From: Phoronis australis
Lineage: Eukaryota > Animalia > Phoronida
Reading direction: 5' to 3'
Length of the DNA stretch: 64,000 nucleotides
NCBI GenBank assembly: GCA_002633005.1
Contig: NMRA01000054.1
Span: 1,162,927-1,226,926 of the forward strand
Both the position numbers and the translations under genes were made by a program. Positions 62,475 through 64,000 of the stretch are shown here, piece by piece (the stretch's first letter is position 1; each line of letters starts with the position of its first letter). Below the pieces are notes generated by a model that ran no database searches, had not been told where the DNA came from, and was given only the letters and a program-made list of their open reading frames with translations.

Positions 62475-64000
62475 GTAAGTTTGTCATAGTTTGATGTTGT
62501 TATTTTTAAAACTATCGCATGATTTTGTACAGTCACATCTCGTAACGATACCTGTGACTGACAAATTGCACTTTTAAAATTCCATGTGTAGTCCTCTGCA
62601 CACATGTCTTGGTTTCAGGGCTCCGTTTCATGAAACTGTTTTAGTCTTAAACCAAAACAACAATACTGTTATTCCATCACATGTCACGCTGCCCTTGTTG
62701 AGCAATGCTGTTGACGTCATGTCAGCAACCAAACTTGAGACTTAACCTTTGAGGAAACGAGGTCCAGATATTCCATAAAGTATATACCAAAAATATTAGG
62801 ACATAACAGCCCGGTTAGGCTTTCGTGCTTTTTCTCCATTACACTAACTTGATTTTCTGACGGCAGTGTTCCTTAAAACAGTTATCTAACCAAGTCTTTG
62901 TGTTTCTGTTTCAATTTCCCATTCAATTCCTGTATTATTTACGGAAGATTTCATTGTGCGCGGCAATTAACCGCCATGATTTTAAAGTCCTTTGCACGTT
63001 GCGTGTGACGTAACATTCAGCGGGACTTGAACGAGGCTAACCAGAAACTGATATTGTTGCTCATTTTTTCTTTTACCATTACTGAAAACTGGTCACTTTG
63101 GCATATTTGACGGGTCTTATCTGCTTAAGTGTCTGATGTACAGCGATGATGAATCAGGTAAATAGTTTACTGAACTCTCAATGAACGGCTGTGAATCAAA
63201 TGAATGAATCAATGGGCTTCATATTAATTTGAGCTTCGTTAAGGTAGGTTATGACTCTGACTTTAATTGCATTCCATCAGTGTATAGACGTTGTTCACGG
63301 CATCAGCGGCCCTGATTGGGGCACATGTCGAATATTGAGCCTTCACATCAGAGAACCAGATACATCCGCTGAATAACTGTCTGATAAAAAACCAGTGTTG
63401 CCTGATTATCAAAATTAGGTACACCTATTTAGCTAGCGCCGCACCTTACTTAAGTTATTAAGTTATTCAAGTATTAGTCCGTGGGCCAGATCTCATAGCG
63501 TTCATCCTTGTGAGTACTTTAGGGGGGGGGGGGGCAACCTAGTTTTATCTATGTGGCTAGACAATATACCTATAAATCAAATTCCAAAAAGTTCCCACGT
63601 CTACACTTGCACATTTTTTTAAAACAAGATGTTTTTGTTGCACAAAATATGATGCACATTCCTGCCACTTGGTGGCGCTTTTCTATTGAATTGACCAATC
63701 AGAGAGCCAGATTGTATTGTTGTGCTTAGTTACTTCAATATGGCTGCTCCCATGGAGTGTGATGCCTGAATAATTCAAGGTTTATCAAACAGCACAAAAT
63801 TGTGATGCCAGAGCCTAAAGAAGCTTAGGAAAGCTTCCTGACGAAATCTGATGGACTGTGGAACTCTGTAGATCAGTAGATAAAAAAGAAGAAGAGGTGT
63901 CACAAACGTTTGTCAAGAAAACAGCTGCATGTCCTGGTATAGCCTACACAGTATACTGCTGAGTGCTGTAGACTAGAAGACCAAGTGTCAGACCAAAAAA

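Overview
Repeat-rich animal genomic DNA, probably from a marine invertebrate (inferred from domain and transposon content). The whole window lies inside one plus-strand multi-exon gene that the ORF track largely misses. Eleven GT-AG exons join in frame (2077 nt, ~692 aa, no stops) into a mosaic extracellular protein: WSC - LDLa - LDLa - F-type lectin (FTP) with a kringle inserted inside it - second FTP - SRCR - SRCR (partial). Its start and end lie outside the window. The most unusual feature is a symmetric phase-1 kringle exon between the two half-exons of the first F-type lectin domain, at the loop that normally binds fucose. The introns hold decayed mobile DNA: Gypsy, BEL/Pao, an RLE-type LINE, L2/CR1 and Tx1 fragments, and a Penelope element with a hammerhead-ribozyme motif. 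They also hold a P/THAP9-type element with an 8-bp TSD enclosing a 1.7-kb palindrome, TTAA-flanked THAP + SAP/YqaJ elements (ISL2EU/Kolobok-like), and several MITEs. All calls come from manual reading; no searches were run.
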